Assembly (NCBI GenBank): GCA_951406725.2
Contig: OX597822.1
Location: 75,020,001-75,084,000, forward strand
Length of the DNA: 64,000 nt
Direction: 5' to 3'
Source: Octopus vulgaris
Lineage: Eukaryota
The notes beneath the pieces were generated by a model. That model saw only the letters and a list, made by a program, of their open reading frames with translations, was not told where the DNA came from and ran no database searches. The translations under genes and the position numbers were made by a program. Positions 39,600 through 53,751 of the stretch are shown here, one piece after another; within the stretch, counting starts at the first letter, position 1; the number at the start of each line of letters is the position of its first letter.

Positions 39600-41018
39600 A
39601 CAATGAACCTCAACAAAGCTGTTTCCTTTTCTAAAGCCGATAGCAAATGGACTATTTTTTTCGGTGGATGACTTGAAAAATAAGGCACATGAAATACAAG
39701 AATGACATTATGAAACCAGGAGTTAGGTACCTTAGTGCAGAGGAGAAAAAACTTCTGAAAGACGAACAATTGTTTATAAATGTGTTTCTCGCAAGGAGAG
39801 GAAACTTAAATTTCCTACTCCGGTAGACATTGAAAAATGCCATCGAAGATGTGTGGCCCTCAGTGCTAAACATACAGAAAGGTAAACAATATAGGATGTT
39901 TGCTGCTATGTGCAGCGGTGGGCAAGAAGCCAGAAGAATGGCTACTATAACTTGCACGTCCCAGGCTTTTGTAATGATTCCTCATTACATGGGTAAAAGG
40001 TTGACTAGAATTCTAGTCAAGAACGTGCCAGGTCACCGTGATCCGGCGAGGGTTTTAGCCATTCTGGAAGAACATGAGGAGATTGTGGAGGTGATGTTCA
40101 CCCTACAACTCAAGAGGACTTGTTTCTCCAGAAGAAATAAATCGCATTCCCGATATTTTCTGTTTCGGGGAATGTGAACAGATGCCATTTTCTATAGAAG
40201 GAAAAAAAACGGAAGTGTTTTGTGTGTGGGAATTCGAACTACCTCAAAGCCTTTTGCCCTGCAGTAGAGTCTGTTCCAGAGGACTTTTCGGTCGGCGACT
40301 ATTATGGATAATTTCCAGATGTCTTTGGCTTGGCAGTGCTACCGAGGAGCGCTACCGGTTCGAGATTAACTCTACAGGCTTGAATGTGCTGTCAGACGAG
40401 CTTGTCCGAGTTGCACACACAGCGACGAAACCGTTCTGCATGCACTAGTTCAGTGTCTGGGCATTGCTGACTTGTGGTGTTATGTCGAACAGCTGCTGTC
40501 GCGTATGGGACGGATCCGTCTATCGACCGAGTCCATGATGATGAGTGCCCCGCCGCCCTCCTTAAATCGGGCAGGTAAGGCAGCTTTCCTTTGCCCGGTG
40601 GCTGTGGCAAAAGAGGTGCAAAAAGGTTATTTGGTGGATGAAGCTGAAAAGAAAGAGGACAGAAACATTCCTCTTCGGTAAAGCCCTCATCGACTTTTTC
40701 AAGTTTCCCTTGAAAAGGAAAGTGAGGGTAGAGAGCGAGGTGCTGTCCTCGAATGAGTTTACCAAAAGGTGGGTGTAAATTGCGCATATGGAAAGACTGA
40801 ATGGTACTAATCTCAGCGTAGACCTTTGAGTCGGAGGAGAGGAGTTCGAAAAGGCATTTGTCCGTAGTATCCAAGGTGATCTTGGATGATGGGGTTTCTC
40901 CATCATCCCTAGAGGTCCTTCTGTATCAGGAGGACCCCATCACCATAACTTTTTTTTCTAATTGCTGTATATAATATATACTTCAATTCTTTTAATGTAT
41001 ACTCTGTATACTTTCTCC

Positions 41019-41066
<48 letters not shown>

Positions 41067-41150
41067 TTCCATTGTAAGTAAACCCCCACACTTCATGTCT
41101 GTTTCTGTATTCTCTCCAGCATCCTTCGCCAGGCTGGCAAATAAAGAAAT
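39600..41150 (+). pseudogene. L1/Tx1-like LINE with large internal deletion (ORF1 plus ORF2 C-terminal zinc-binding region plus 3' UTR)
   Basis: ORF1-like KQY...PHYMGKRLTRILVKNVP, knuckle CFVCGNSNYLKAFC, then LPVRD*LYR...CPSC..SDETVLHALVQC...LW; AATAAA followed by (ATT)n. Confidence 0.75.
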
Positions 41151-41159
41151 TATTATTAA

Positions 41160-41199
<40 letters not shown>

Positions 41200-41474
41200 G
41201 AAGTGCACGTAGTTCTTTGGCAGCTTATGTCTGGTTAGAAGTAAAAGTTTGAAGAAAAACTTTGTGCTTTTCACTTCAATGATCCGATGAAGACGATAGA
41301 GATCAGATTCTGGGCATTTAAAGGCACTTAAAGCAGAAGCTTCTTTTCACTTAAGGTCATATTGCTAAATTCTTCGAGTTACAGAGTTCTTTGATACGTA
41401 AAAAAAAAAAAATAAAGTAAATAATGTCCATGATGCGATAGATAATGGTGAAAAACTTTGATGTCGTGGTTGCT

Positions 41475-41503
41475 ATATACATATACAAATATACATATGC
41501 GTA

Positions 41504-41556
<53 letters not shown>

Positions 41557-41667
41557 TTATATATAAGTATATATACGTATATATAAGTATATATATGTAT
41601 ATATAAGTATATATATATGTATATATATATATAAGTATTTATATGTGTATTTATATGTATATATAAG

Positions 41668-41724
<57 letters not shown>

Positions 41725-42481
41725 AAACAAAATGTATTGGGATGGGTGGAGGGGACGAGGGTGGGTTCAAAAGCGGCGTTTAAAAAATATGAAAGTAATG
41801 GACAGATAGTTAATCTAAATAGTTTATACACATATGTATATAAATACGTGTATGTGTATTTGACTGTATGTATATGCATATGTGTAAGAAGGGTATATAT
41901 ATATATATATGCACACACACACACACACAGACACATGTACATACCTTGCAAACACACATATGTGTATATAAATATACGCATATATTTATGCATATACATA
42001 CGTACACAAACAAACAGGCTTAAGTAATATAAAGGCAAAGAATAAAAAACTAAATCATTTTTTTCTTTTCCTCACAGAAATATGCAAGCTTACATACGTA
42101 TGCACATGTACATATATGTAGTAACAAATAACACATAACATATATACAAACTCTCAGCCCGCCACACAAATAGTGCACGTATGTGAAGGCGTCCTTGTAT
42201 GAGCGTGCATATAATATATATGGGTGTGTGTATGTAGATTAGGGATGTAAACAAATTTAAGTCTTGTGTTAGCAAATATGAAATTTCAATAGGATACTTA
42301 ATCTCGGCATCAAAAATGAACGGCAAAGCGAGTTTCTTGTGTGAAAATATATAAACATACATACATACATACATACATACATACATACATACATACATAC
42401 ATACATACATACATACATACATGCATACATACATGCATGCATGCATACATACATACATGCATATGCATATATGTGTACATG

Positions 42482-42512
<31 letters not shown>

Positions 42513-42659
42513 ATATGTATGTGTATATATATGTGTGCATGTGTGTATATGTGTATATATGTATGTGTACATGTATATATATATGTGTATATGTATATTT
42601 ATATATATGTGTATATGGATATATGTATATATGTGTATATGGATATATGTATATATGTG

Positions 42660-42711
<52 letters not shown>

Positions 42712-42835
42712 TGTGTGTGTGTATATGTGTGTATATATATGTATGTGTATATGTATTTATACATATATATACAGAGAGAGAGAGAGAGATGGGGAGAAAA
42801 AGAAAGAGAGAGAGCGTGTGTGTGTGTGTGTGTGA
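41475..42835. repeat. Extended TA/TG/CATA microsatellite region
   Basis: Direct inspection. Confidence 0.9.
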
Positions 42836-43377
42836 GTAAAAGAGATGACATGAAAGCCTCATAAAGATAGAACCAATGTCTTTGACTAAGTATTTGATAC
42901 TGGAAGTGTGGAAGAAAAGAAAACAAGGTTTGCGGTCCATCGTCTAACTTCTATAATTAATAGAACATTGGGGATCAGTTTAATAAGTTATTACCGCATT
43001 TTTTGCTGTTGTTTTTTTTTAACGAGGGTACCAAGGCTAGGATCGTGGACATGCATAAAATAACGAACATTTATATATATTGTCTTAATAATGTTGGTGT
43101 TGCGGTGGTGGCGGTGGTTGAATTTTTTTGTGACTCATGTTTTTTTTCTTAAACCCTTATATTTTTTTCTTTATTGGTGATGGTGAAGGTGTTAGTGGAA
43201 TTGGTGCCTGTAGTGATGGTGGTGGTACTGGCTGTGTTGCGGATGGTTGTGGTTATTGTAGTGGTAAGCAGTGTTGGCTAAGAGATGTGTTTGTCTGACT
43301 TCTTATAGAAGCGGAAATAGTCGTGGCATTTTTGATGATGTTGGTATGGCTACCTTGGTAGTGGTGGCAATAACGAT

Positions 43378-43501
43378 TTTATATGTGTATGTGTGCGTAT
43401 ATATATATATATATGTGTATATATACATACATGTGTATATACATACATGTGTGTGTGTAGATATATATGTGTGTGTGTAGATATATATATATGTGTGTAT
43501 T

Positions 43502-43576
<75 letters not shown>

Positions 43577-43592
43577 TTATTTATATATATAC

Positions 43593-43668
<76 letters not shown>

Positions 43669-43815
43669 TTATTTATATATATACATATATATATATATGT
43701 GTGTGTTTATTTATATATATACATATATATATATGTGTGTGTGTGTTTATTTATATATATACATATATATATATATATGTGTGTGTGTTTATTTATATAT
43801 ATATGTGTGTGTGTG

Positions 43816-43880
<65 letters not shown>

Positions 43881-43911
43881 ATTCATATACATACATATAT
43901 ATATATATATA
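43378..43911. repeat. Higher-order (TG)n-TTTATT-(TA)n minisatellite
   Basis: About 9 units of variable length. Confidence 0.9.
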
Positions 43912-44033
43912 CAGGGTGATTTAAAAGTCGCCATACATAATTTATTTTTTATAAGAAAGTTCTTTTTTTATTTAACACTTTCTTATAAAAAAAATAAATT
44001 TTTCCTATGTATGCTGACTTTTGAATCACCCTG
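43912..44033. mobile_element. 122-bp palindromic Tc1/mariner MITE
   Basis: TA-CAGGGTGATTTAAAAGTC...GACTTTTGAATCACCCTG-TA. Confidence 0.85.
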
Positions 44034-44055
44034 TATATATATATATATACGTACA

Positions 44056-44272
44056 CGACGGCGTGTTGAAAAGCTCTTGGCTTTAAGGTTATCGCGAAAT
44101 ACCTAGTTGGAGGCTCAACCTTCCAAGTTCTTTTGCAGGGCTTTGAAAAACTGAAGGACCGCTGCAATAAATGAGTAAATCTGAGAGCGGGATATGTTCA
44201 ATAAAATCATATTTAACTGATCCTCCTTTATTTTCTTTTACCCAAAACTAGGAACTTTTAATCACCCACTCG
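44056..44272 (+). mobile_element. Mariner-derived MITE retaining the transposase C-terminus
   Basis: TIR remnants GTTGAAAAGCTCTTGG / CTAGGAACTTTTAATCACC; LQGFEKLKDRCNK*VNLRAGYVQ*. Confidence 0.7.
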
Positions 44273-45429
44273 AATGTATGTTTGTATATATACATATATA
44301 TGTGTGTGGTGGATACATTATAACCGGGAGGAGATAAGAAACGACTAAACTCTGTGAGAAAAAAATCAAGTGATATTTACATTAAAGGAAAATGAATCTT
44401 TGTCAAAATCTCATTTTGTTCCAGCGAATAAAGATAGCGAATGAGTCCATCATCCACTTATATCATGGCGTCGTAGCTTGCAGTTCTAAACATATGATAT
44501 TATGTGTGTAATACTTTGATACACAGAGATTGAAATAAGAAAATGCAAAAAAAAAAATAAATAAAATAAATAAATAATAATAAATAAGAAGAGTGGTCTC
44601 GGCTGGAACAACTTTGATCGTAATCCTATTGATTAGAGCTGGAATGGGGCGAAATAGCAACAATAGCATTTTTTTGTTTTCTCAAATGTCAGATGTGTCA
44701 AAATTTATCCGGTGGTAAAAACATTGCTTTTTTTTTTGTCATTACCGGCCTTTTTAAGTGATGTACACACACACACACACACATCTTGTTGATGTAGTCC
44801 AGGAGTTCTCAACCATTTTCTTTGTCATGGGCTTCTTTGATTCCTGTTTTACTGAGAAGGACGCCCATAACCATTCGGTATTCTAAAAGTCCTATCATAT
44901 ATTTATACTTAAATACTATTAAGTGTTCTAAACAAAAATATTAAGCTATTTTGTGTACTGTAGAAGTATCACCAGTTTAATGTAGATCAATTTTAACATC
45001 AAAATCTTATACGGACCTCCAAGAGCCATATTTTGAAGGAGTTTAATTTAGTATTCGAAATTCTTTTAGTCTGAATTTGTAATTTAAAGCCATATTAAAT
45101 TTCTTCAATTTTTGTATGCTTAAATTAAGTTTATAATTTTCTATAATTTCATTTAGTATAATAATATCTATTAGCTTAAACTACATTGAATTATCTAATT
45201 AGTAATAAAAATTCGGTGCTGATATTAATTTCAGTGATGAGTAACTTAACGAAGGTGACAAATGAAATATGATGAATATGAGAAAAACAGTAAATGTAAG
45301 AATTATCTTATCTTGGTAGGATGTTGTTGTTTTTTGGTATTTCTTGTATATACAGGATAATTGTTATTCTTGCTGTCATTCATTGGTTTATCTATTCAAG
45401 AAATCATTTGGAAGTTCTCCTACTGGCAT

Positions 45430-45962
45430 GGATCAGGGACGTTTTGGCATAGCTGCTTGACAGCCGTTTTGGTAGCGCCTGTTTGGCATCTCTGATTTAC
45501 TTGACATCAGTCGTTTTAATGCTCCTTTCCTTCTCTCTCCCTCTCCTCTTTCTCCTTCCTTTTTTCTCCTTCTTTCTCCTTTCTTTTTCCTTCCTCCTTC
45601 CTTCCTCCTCCTTTCTCCGCCTCCCTTCTTTCTTCTCCTTCCCCTTCCTTCTCCTTCCTTCTCCTCCCTTCTCTTTTCTCTTTCCTTCTTTTTTCTCTCT
45701 CTGTTTCTCTCTCTCTTTGTGAGTATATTTCTCTGTCTCTGTATAAGAGATTAAGTTTTTATATCAATCGAGTTCAATTAATAAATTTCAATGTCTTTCT
45801 CTTTCTCTCCCTCTCTATCTTTGTTTATTTCTGAACGTGCGCACAAGTGTATGTGTTTGCTTTCAGCGCCAAAAACTACTATCACCAAAACAAGCTCAAT
45901 GTCCAGTCAACAGTACCAAACTGCCAGCGTCCAAACAGCAACGCCTAATCGTCTCATTTCGT
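45430..45962. mobile_element. Inverted second copy of the 2683-3755 MITE family
   Basis: Both termini and the internal AT-rich segment match in reverse complement. Confidence 0.6.
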
Positions 45963-46194
45963 ACTGACACTGGTACTTTGGATTGCACCTAGAATTTCAT
46001 CTTTCATCCTTTGTGAAGTAGTATCATTATCATAGAGAACACTGATTATTTTAGCCTTGTATTCTGGTCTAAAATTTTCAACTTTTACGCGAGTATATAT
46101 ACTGTGTATACACTGTATGTACACTATGTAAATGCAGATCTCAAATACCGAACACGGCCGCTGTTCAATAAAGTACTAATAACATGTAACTAAT

Positions 46195-46378
46195 CTTTAT
46201 AATATAGGCACAAAACCCGAAATTCTGAAGGGATTAGTCGATTACGTCATCCTCAGTGCTCAACTTGAACATTTTCATAAAAGATGAAAGGCAAAGTCGA
46301 CCTCGGCGGAATTTGAACTCGGTACATAAAACCTGAAAAAAAATGCCGCTAAGTATTTTGCGCAACCTGCTAACGATC
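46195..46378 (-). mobile_element. SINE family A copy
   Basis: Reverse complement core. Confidence 0.7.
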
Positions 46379-46480
46379 GGACCGTGTTCCACCGTTTAGG
46401 ATGGGTAACTATGTAAAGTTTAATGTAAAGCCTTCTGAATTCTAGTTTTTGATTAGAAAATCCCCTAATACATTCCTATC

Positions 46481-46852
46481 GTGGAGGCGCAATGGCCCTG
46501 AGGTTAGGGCAGCGGACTCGCGGTCATAGAATCGCGGTTTCGATTCCTAGACCGGGCGTTGTGAGTCTTTGTTAAGCGAAAACACCTAAAGCTCCACGAG
46601 GCTCCGGCAGTAGGTGGGGGGAGGTAAACTCTGCTGTCTTCTTTCACCACAACTTTCTCTCAGATTCTACCTGTTGTACCTGTATTTCAACGGGGCAGCC
46701 TTGTCACACTTTGTGTCAATGCTGCATCTTCACGGGAACTACGTTGAGGGTACGCGTGATTGTGGCGTGCTCAGCCACTTGCGCATTAATTTCATTGTTC
46801 CGTTGATTGGATCAACTGGAACCCTCGTCGTCGTAACCGACGCAGTGCCACC
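46481..46852 (+). mobile_element. SINE family C, full length, with perfect 11-bp TSD
   Basis: TSD ACATTCCTATC at 46470-46480 and 46853-46863. Confidence 0.9.
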
Positions 46853-48199
46853 ACATTCCTATCACCTTAACTATAATCCCTATTTTAGTTCTTTTTAATA
46901 CTGGCCTTACGGTTGAATCCACCGTTTCAGATTGGTCTTTGAACTCTCTTCATAGGCAATATTATGAAAAAAACGGATGTTATTTAATTTGTGTACAAAT
47001 AAGCAGAGTGACAGAAAAATCCGAAATAAACGGGAAAACCATTTAAAACTTTCATAACGGCCACTTTTTACTCATTTAGTCCTGTATAAAGAATCTATTG
47101 GATACAGAAACAAGAAAGTGCCTTACCAAGGTTAACAACTGAAATGTGTTTATACTATATTTCACAGCTATACATTCTGAAAAGTGAATTCATCTCTTGT
47201 TTGAATTAATTAAAAAAAAATGACAAATCTGGAGAAGTAGGAATAGCTTAAGCCGGTATTACATATACGCATGTATATATGTATGGATATATGTATATAT
47301 GTCATTGTTCAGTTTTATTTCAATAGAGAAAGAGCCGGTTTCTAACCTAGATTCAAGGCTCCTTCATTGGAATTTCAACATCAGAGCATTTTTGTTTGTA
47401 TGTATACGTGTAGATTTGCATGTTTTGCTTTATGTATGTATGTATGTATGTATGTATGTATGTATGTATGTATGTATGTATGTATGTGTTTACTGGGTTG
47501 TTGTTGCAGGGGTGGAAATGGTACATTAGCGGTAATTGTGTTGAATGTTGCGGAAAAACGCAGGTGAAGTTTGTGGTGTTGTTTGAGATGAAACCGTAAG
47601 GAAATTGTGGTGGTGGTGGTGGATGTGGTGGTGGTGTTAGCAGTGATGATGATGAAATACGTGCTGATAGTGGTGTTGTTAAAGAGGAGGTTCAGATGAG
47701 AAAGAGGCTGATAAAAGATAATACGGTGGAAGCGTGCATCTGGAGAGTAGAGTGGGGAAACCCAACTTCTGCCATTTTACATGTACATGAAATGCACTTT
47801 AAGTGACCTTTGAACAAAACAAACAAAAATGACGGAAAGCTATAGGAAAGACACGAATGCTAATACCGAGCTTCAAGCTTCATTCTCTGTGATTCCGAAA
47901 TTTTTTGATCTAAGAATTGCATAATAAAACTGTGATGGCCTCGGGTTTAATTTGAACTCCAATCCCACAAATATGTTCAACTCTTGAAATGTCATTGGTA
48001 TGAGCATCATCAAGGTAATTGCCCAGTGATACATCAATAATGTGATGGATCAGATCAATATATCTATATCTATCTCTTTCATGATAGAATTTAGCATATA
48101 AAGTACGGATATGTTAGATATGCACCATAACATCTATCTTGTAACATATTCGAGAAAAAAAAAAAGTGGGAAATCTTAATGCATTAACCATTATATAGC

Positions 48200-49145
48200 G
48201 GTGGACTGGGGTTGATGTGACTGACTGATCCACTCCATCGAAACTGCTGGCTTTATGCAAAAATTTGAAATCAATATACTAATCAAAATATGGTAGCTGA
48301 CTGGCTGAATTGTTAGAGTGACGGAGAAATAGGTCTTGTAGTATTTAGTTACGGCTCTTCATGTTCTGAGTTCAAATCACGATAAGATCACCTTCGGCTT
48401 TTAACTTGGAGGAGTCGATAAAATAAAGTTCCTGGTAAGTACTGATATTGATTTTGTCGACTAGGCTCTCTGCCGTAATGTATGACGTTTTACCAAAGTA
48501 AGGAATAAATATCTTAATATGGCGGCGAGCTGGCAGAAACTTTAACAGGCCGGGCAAAATGCTTAGCGGTATTTCGTCTGCCGTTACGTTCTGAGTTCAA
48601 ATTCCGCCGAGGTCGACTTGCCTTTCATCCTTTCGGGGTTGATTAAATAAGTACCTGTTACGCACTGGGGTCGATATAATCGACTTAATTCGATTGTCTG
48701 TCCTTGTTTGTCTCCCCTGTGTTTAGCCCCTTGTGGGTAGTAAAGAAATAGGTATTTCGTCTGTCTTTAGGTTCAGAGTTCAAATTTCGCCGAGTTCGAC
48801 TTTACCTTTCATCCTTTCGGGTTCAATAAATTAAGTACCAGTTGCGTACTTGAGTCGATCTAATTGACTGCCCCCCGCCACCCTATCCCAAAATTTCGGG
48901 CCTTATGCCTAGAGTACAAAAGAAATATTACCCCTACCTGAAAGGCGGCTCGCTTGCAGAATCGTCAGCATGGCGGGCAGAATGCGTAGCAGCATTTCGT
49001 TCGTCTTTCCGTTCTGAGTTCAAATTCCGTCGAGGTCGACTTTGCTTTTCATCTTTTCGTGGTCTATAGAATAAGTACCGGTTGAATACTGGGGTTGATC
49101 TAATCAACTTACTCTCTCCACTTTGTGAAAAAATTTGGAACCAAT
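48200..49145 (+). mobile_element. Cluster of about five same-orientation SINE family A copies
   Basis: Repeated heads or cores at about 48290, 48520, 48750 and 48943, plus a tail at 48200. Confidence 0.85.
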
Positions 49146-49234
49146 ATTACCTCTGCCTTCAACCAAAGTGAACGAATGAAGAGCAGAAAATGGGATTTTA
49201 CCATAAATGGAACTATTCTTTGAATGCATTTTGT

Positions 49235-49578
49235 ACTGGCATAACTGTGCAGTTAAGTATTTCACTTTTGCAACCAGGTGGTTCTGGGCCCAGTCCCGCT
49301 GCTCGGTACATTGGAGAAGTGCCTTCCACAATGGCTACGGATCGACCAATAGCTTGTCAGTGAATTGGGTTATACGGAAACTGTGTAGAGTCCTGTCGTA
49401 TGTATTTATTTGTGAGTGTTTGTGTTTGTCCCCCATCATCGATTGTTGCCGGTTTGTTTACGTCGCCGTAAATTAGCGGTGTGTCAAAAGACACCGATAG
49501 AATAATTACCATGCTTAAATGAAGAAGTGCTAGGGTCGATTTATTCGACAAAACCTTGCTTGACCGCAGTCCAGCAAC
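49235..49578 (+). mobile_element. SINE family B, diverged
   Basis: Similarity to family B. Confidence 0.65.
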
Positions 49579-49599
49579 TGAATTTTTTTTTTTTTTTTG

Positions 49600-49895
49600 T
49601 TGTTTGTTCCTTCTCGAGCCATGCCTGGCTCATTAGGGCCGGTTTCCCGGTTTCTTGGTGTATAGGTTCCCCACCTGGACGGGACGCCGGTCCGTCGCAG
49701 ATGAGCTGCAAGATTCAGGAGGAAAGAGTGAGAGAAAGTTGTGGCGAAAGAGTCAGCACAAGTTCGCCATTACCTTCTGCCGGAGGCGCGTAGAGTTTAG
49801 GTGTTTTCGCTCATAAACACACACATCGCCCGGTCTGAGATTCGAACCCTCTACCGCGAGTCCGCTGCTCTAACCACTAGGCCATGTGCCTCCAC
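49600..49895 (-). mobile_element. SINE with family C-type head and alternative tail
   Basis: Head matches family C; tail GAAACCGGGAAACCGGCCC..ATGAGCC shared with 59293-59505. Confidence 0.75.
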
Positions 49896-50605
49896 CAACT
49901 GAAATATGTGAGAGGGAAAGGATAAACTATTACAACCGACAGAATCTGAGAGAAATTGTAATACCGTATATTTACGCGTGAATCTATTTCTATTTAGTGT
50001 CATTATGCATGTAAATGGTTTCGTTTTTCGTAAACAGAGCTCGTTCATGTTTTCGAAAGTTTCTTCGTTTTTCGTTTTATACATATATCTCAGCCACGTT
50101 TTGCTTTCCCCTTTTTGATTTTTCCTTCATCACATATCTCGTTATCTCGTTCATTTGTTTTCTTTCTGTTTGTTTATTTCGCACAATACATAACTCGCTA
50201 AGGTTGAATAGAGCCAGGCCTCGTATTTAATGTTCAAATAACTTGCGAAGAGAAACAGAAACAAACAAACAAACAAAAACATAGAGAAAACGAAAAACTT
50301 TTTTGAAGTTTCACAAAACAAGCAAAACATCAATTATTTATTTTGCTTTTGATAGAAAATATTTGCTTCCTAGCTTCAGTTGTTTCTGAAATACCAAAGC
50401 ATTCGTCCAGGCAAGTGGAGAAACCAGTCAACTAAAGAATTATGATAAACACAACGACACTTGATATCTTCGTGGCTAGATATGTTGGTGTGGGATAAAT
50501 GGTGGTGAGAGATGCTAACAATAAGTAAAGCTAGGATGGCAAGAGAACTTCTAATGAACGTATGTGTGTGTATGTATGTATATATACACACACATACACA
50601 CAATC

Positions 50606-50772
50606 AGGAGTGGCTGTGTGATAAGAAGCTTGCTTTCCAGCCACATGGTTCCAGGCTCGGCCCCACTGCGTGTCACCTCGAGCAAATGTCTTCTACTATA
50701 GCCTCGGGCCGACCAAAGCCTTATGAGTGGATTTGTGGATTTGATGAACAGAAACTGAAAAAAAAGCCCGTC

Positions 50773-50811
<39 letters not shown>

Positions 50812-51025
50812 TATATATATACACACACATACACATGCGTGTGTGCCTGTTTGCCGCCTCCCACCCGCCACAATCGCCTGACTTAATGTTGGTGTGTTTA
50901 CGTCCCCGTAATTTAGAGGTTCGGCAAAAGAGACCGATAGAATAAGTCCTAGGGTCGATTGTTCGACTGAAGCGGTGCTCCAGCATGGTCATAGTCAAAT
51001 GATAAACATGTAAAGGAGTGAAAGA
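50606..51025 (+). mobile_element. SINE family B, full length
   Basis: Similarity to family B. Confidence 0.8.
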
Positions 51026-51113
51026 ATATATGTATATTTTCATATATATATAAATATATACACACACACACACACATGTATATATGTGTATATACACATA
51101 CGCGTACATACAA

Positions 51114-51149
<36 letters not shown>

Positions 51150-51510
51150 CTTTTACTTGTTTCAGTCAAACTGCTGTCATGCTGGAGCAACGCCTTGAAA
51201 TATGTCTTAAAGCTAGGTACTTATTCTATTGGTCTTTTTTTTTACAGAAATGCTAAGTTACGGGGACGTAAATACACCAACACCAGTTGTCAAGCGGTGA
51301 GGTGGGGGAGCAATCACATACAAAAAGACGCATTCAAAGATATGCATATATACGACGGGCTTCTCTCAGTTTCCGTCTAACAAATCAACTCACAAACTTT
51401 GGTCGGGCTGAGATCATAGTAGATGGCAGTTGTCCGAGGTGTCACCCAATGGGACTGAAACTGGAACCATGTGGTTGAGAAGAAAGGTTCTTACCACACA
51501 GCCTCGCCTA
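51150..51510 (-). mobile_element. SINE family B, full length, inverted relative to the previous copy
   Basis: Similarity to family B. Confidence 0.8.
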
Positions 51511-51514
51511 CGTC

Positions 51515-52155
51515 TATAGGTAAGTAGGTAGGTAGGTAGGTAGGAAGATAGGAAGATAGACAGATAGGTAGGAAGATAGACAGACAGGTAGATAGGTAGA
51601 CAGACAGGTAGGTAGGTAGACAGACAGGTAGGTAGGCAGACAGACATGTAGGTAGGTAGATAGACAGATAGGTAGGTATGTAGATAGACAGACAGGTAGG
51701 TATGTAGATAGACAGACAGACAGGTAGGTAGATAGACAGACAGACAGGTATGTAGATAGACAGACAGATAGGTAGGTAGATAGACAGACAGACAGACAGG
51801 TAGGTAGGTAGATAGACAGATAGATGATAGGTAAACAGACAGAAAGATGATAGGTAGACAGACAGATAGATGATAGGTAGACAGACAGATAGATGATAGG
51901 TAGACAGACAGATAGATTATAGGTAGACCGACAGATAGATTATAGGTAGACCGACAGATAGATGATAGGTAGACAGACAGATAGATGATAGGTAGACGGA
52001 CAGATAGATGATAGGTAGACACAGATAGATGATAGGTAGACAGACAGGTAGATGATAGGTAGACAGACAGATAGATGATAGGTAGACAGATGGATAGGTA
52101 GGTAGACAGATGGATAGGTAGGTAGACAGATGGATAGGTAGGTAGACAGATAGAT
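51515..52155. repeat. TAGG/TAGA/CAGA microsatellite with 23-bp and 20-bp higher-order units
   Basis: ATAGATGATAGGTAGACAGACAG repeated about 11 times. Confidence 0.95.
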
Positions 52156-52329
52156 GTGTGCGTGTGTGTGTGTGTGTACATACAGTATATTACCAACAAA
52201 CGACAACTAAGTATTGTTTTGACCTACTGTGAGTGCGATACTTAGTACCCGGCATTCCTGGCGTCCTACATATTGCAATACCTAGATTCAAATCAATCAT
52301 GTAACTGATCACTCCCTACCTCACCTGTG

Positions 52330-52386
<57 letters not shown>

Positions 52387-52822
52387 TATTTTGGCATTTT
52401 AGTCGGGTCATATGACTTACAAAACAAACTGATGTTTATCCAGCAATTTACAAGGCCTGTCTATCACGTAACTATGGGCAGAGATCTACACAAGGTCGTT
52501 CTTTCTCTATACAATACAAAATCTTAAACTTTGGAAGCCTCTCAAGTCAACTTCTAGAACTGTGTCTTTATTCCAGCTACATCTACTTATTGTTTCTACT
52601 TAGTTAACATCAATACAAGGTGTCTATTTGGTCGACATCTACGAACTGTATGTAGCCATCCAGTCAATATCTACGCACTATGTCTGTGTAACGAAAATCT
52701 ACAGACTGCATCTAATCAATATCGATAGACTTGTGTCTATAAAATCAACATCTAATCCATTGATCATTACCAACCCATTCGCGAAACATCACTTCCCCGC
52801 TCCGTGTCTCTTTTTCTCTCAG

Positions 52823-52856
<34 letters not shown>

Positions 52857-52944
52857 CGTATATATACATGTGTGTATGTAGGCTTGAATATATACATATA
52901 TATATATATAATGTATGTATATCTATACATGTATAGTACATATG

Positions 52945-52984
<40 letters not shown>

Positions 52985-53704
52985 GAGAGAGAGATGCGAA
53001 TACATACAAACATATGTATATAGTATGTATATGTATGTGTATACATTGAATATATTTATACACACACACACACACACAGATATAAACATATAGACATACA
53101 GATACGCACACACACACATTGTGTGAGTGCGTTTATGTGTATATATGCATGCTTGGATAAATATATATATATGTACGTATGTATGCATATATGTATGTAT
53201 GTACGTATGTATGAACGTATGTATGTGCGTGTTTAAGTGTATGTGTGCGTGTTAGCATGTGTGTGTATGTGTGTTTCTTTAAAGACAGCAAACACAGAAC
53301 AGGTTTTGCTATAAATGTAACCCCCGTTACCTTAATTCATTTATAACCTTCAGATCAGACACCTAAATCGATTCTTCTCCAAGCAATTTCAATGGAACTA
53401 TCAAACTGCTGTGAATTGGTTGGCCGTTCATTTAACGACTTATTGCTTTAATTAGCTCTAATAGCTTGATTGAGTTTCTCTGTTCAAATGGCTAGCTTCC
53501 ACGAGATAATTACGTCGTGACATTTTCAATACACACACACACACATATACACATGTATGTATGTACATTATATATACATGTATGTATGTACATTATATAT
53601 ATATATATACATGTATGTATGTACATTATATATATATTTATATATACATGTATGTATGTACATTATATATATATATATATTTATATATACATGTATGTAT
53701 GTAC

Positions 53705-53743
<39 letters not shown>

Positions 53744-53751
53744 GAATGTAT

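Noticed and set aside
44800-45030. hAT-like terminus CAGGAGTTCTCAACC
   Set aside because: No matching second TIR or 8-bp TSD found.
50372-50520. Possible exon (LQLFLKYQSIRPGKWRNQSTKEL*)
   Set aside because: Short, all frames stop, and no recognisable product.
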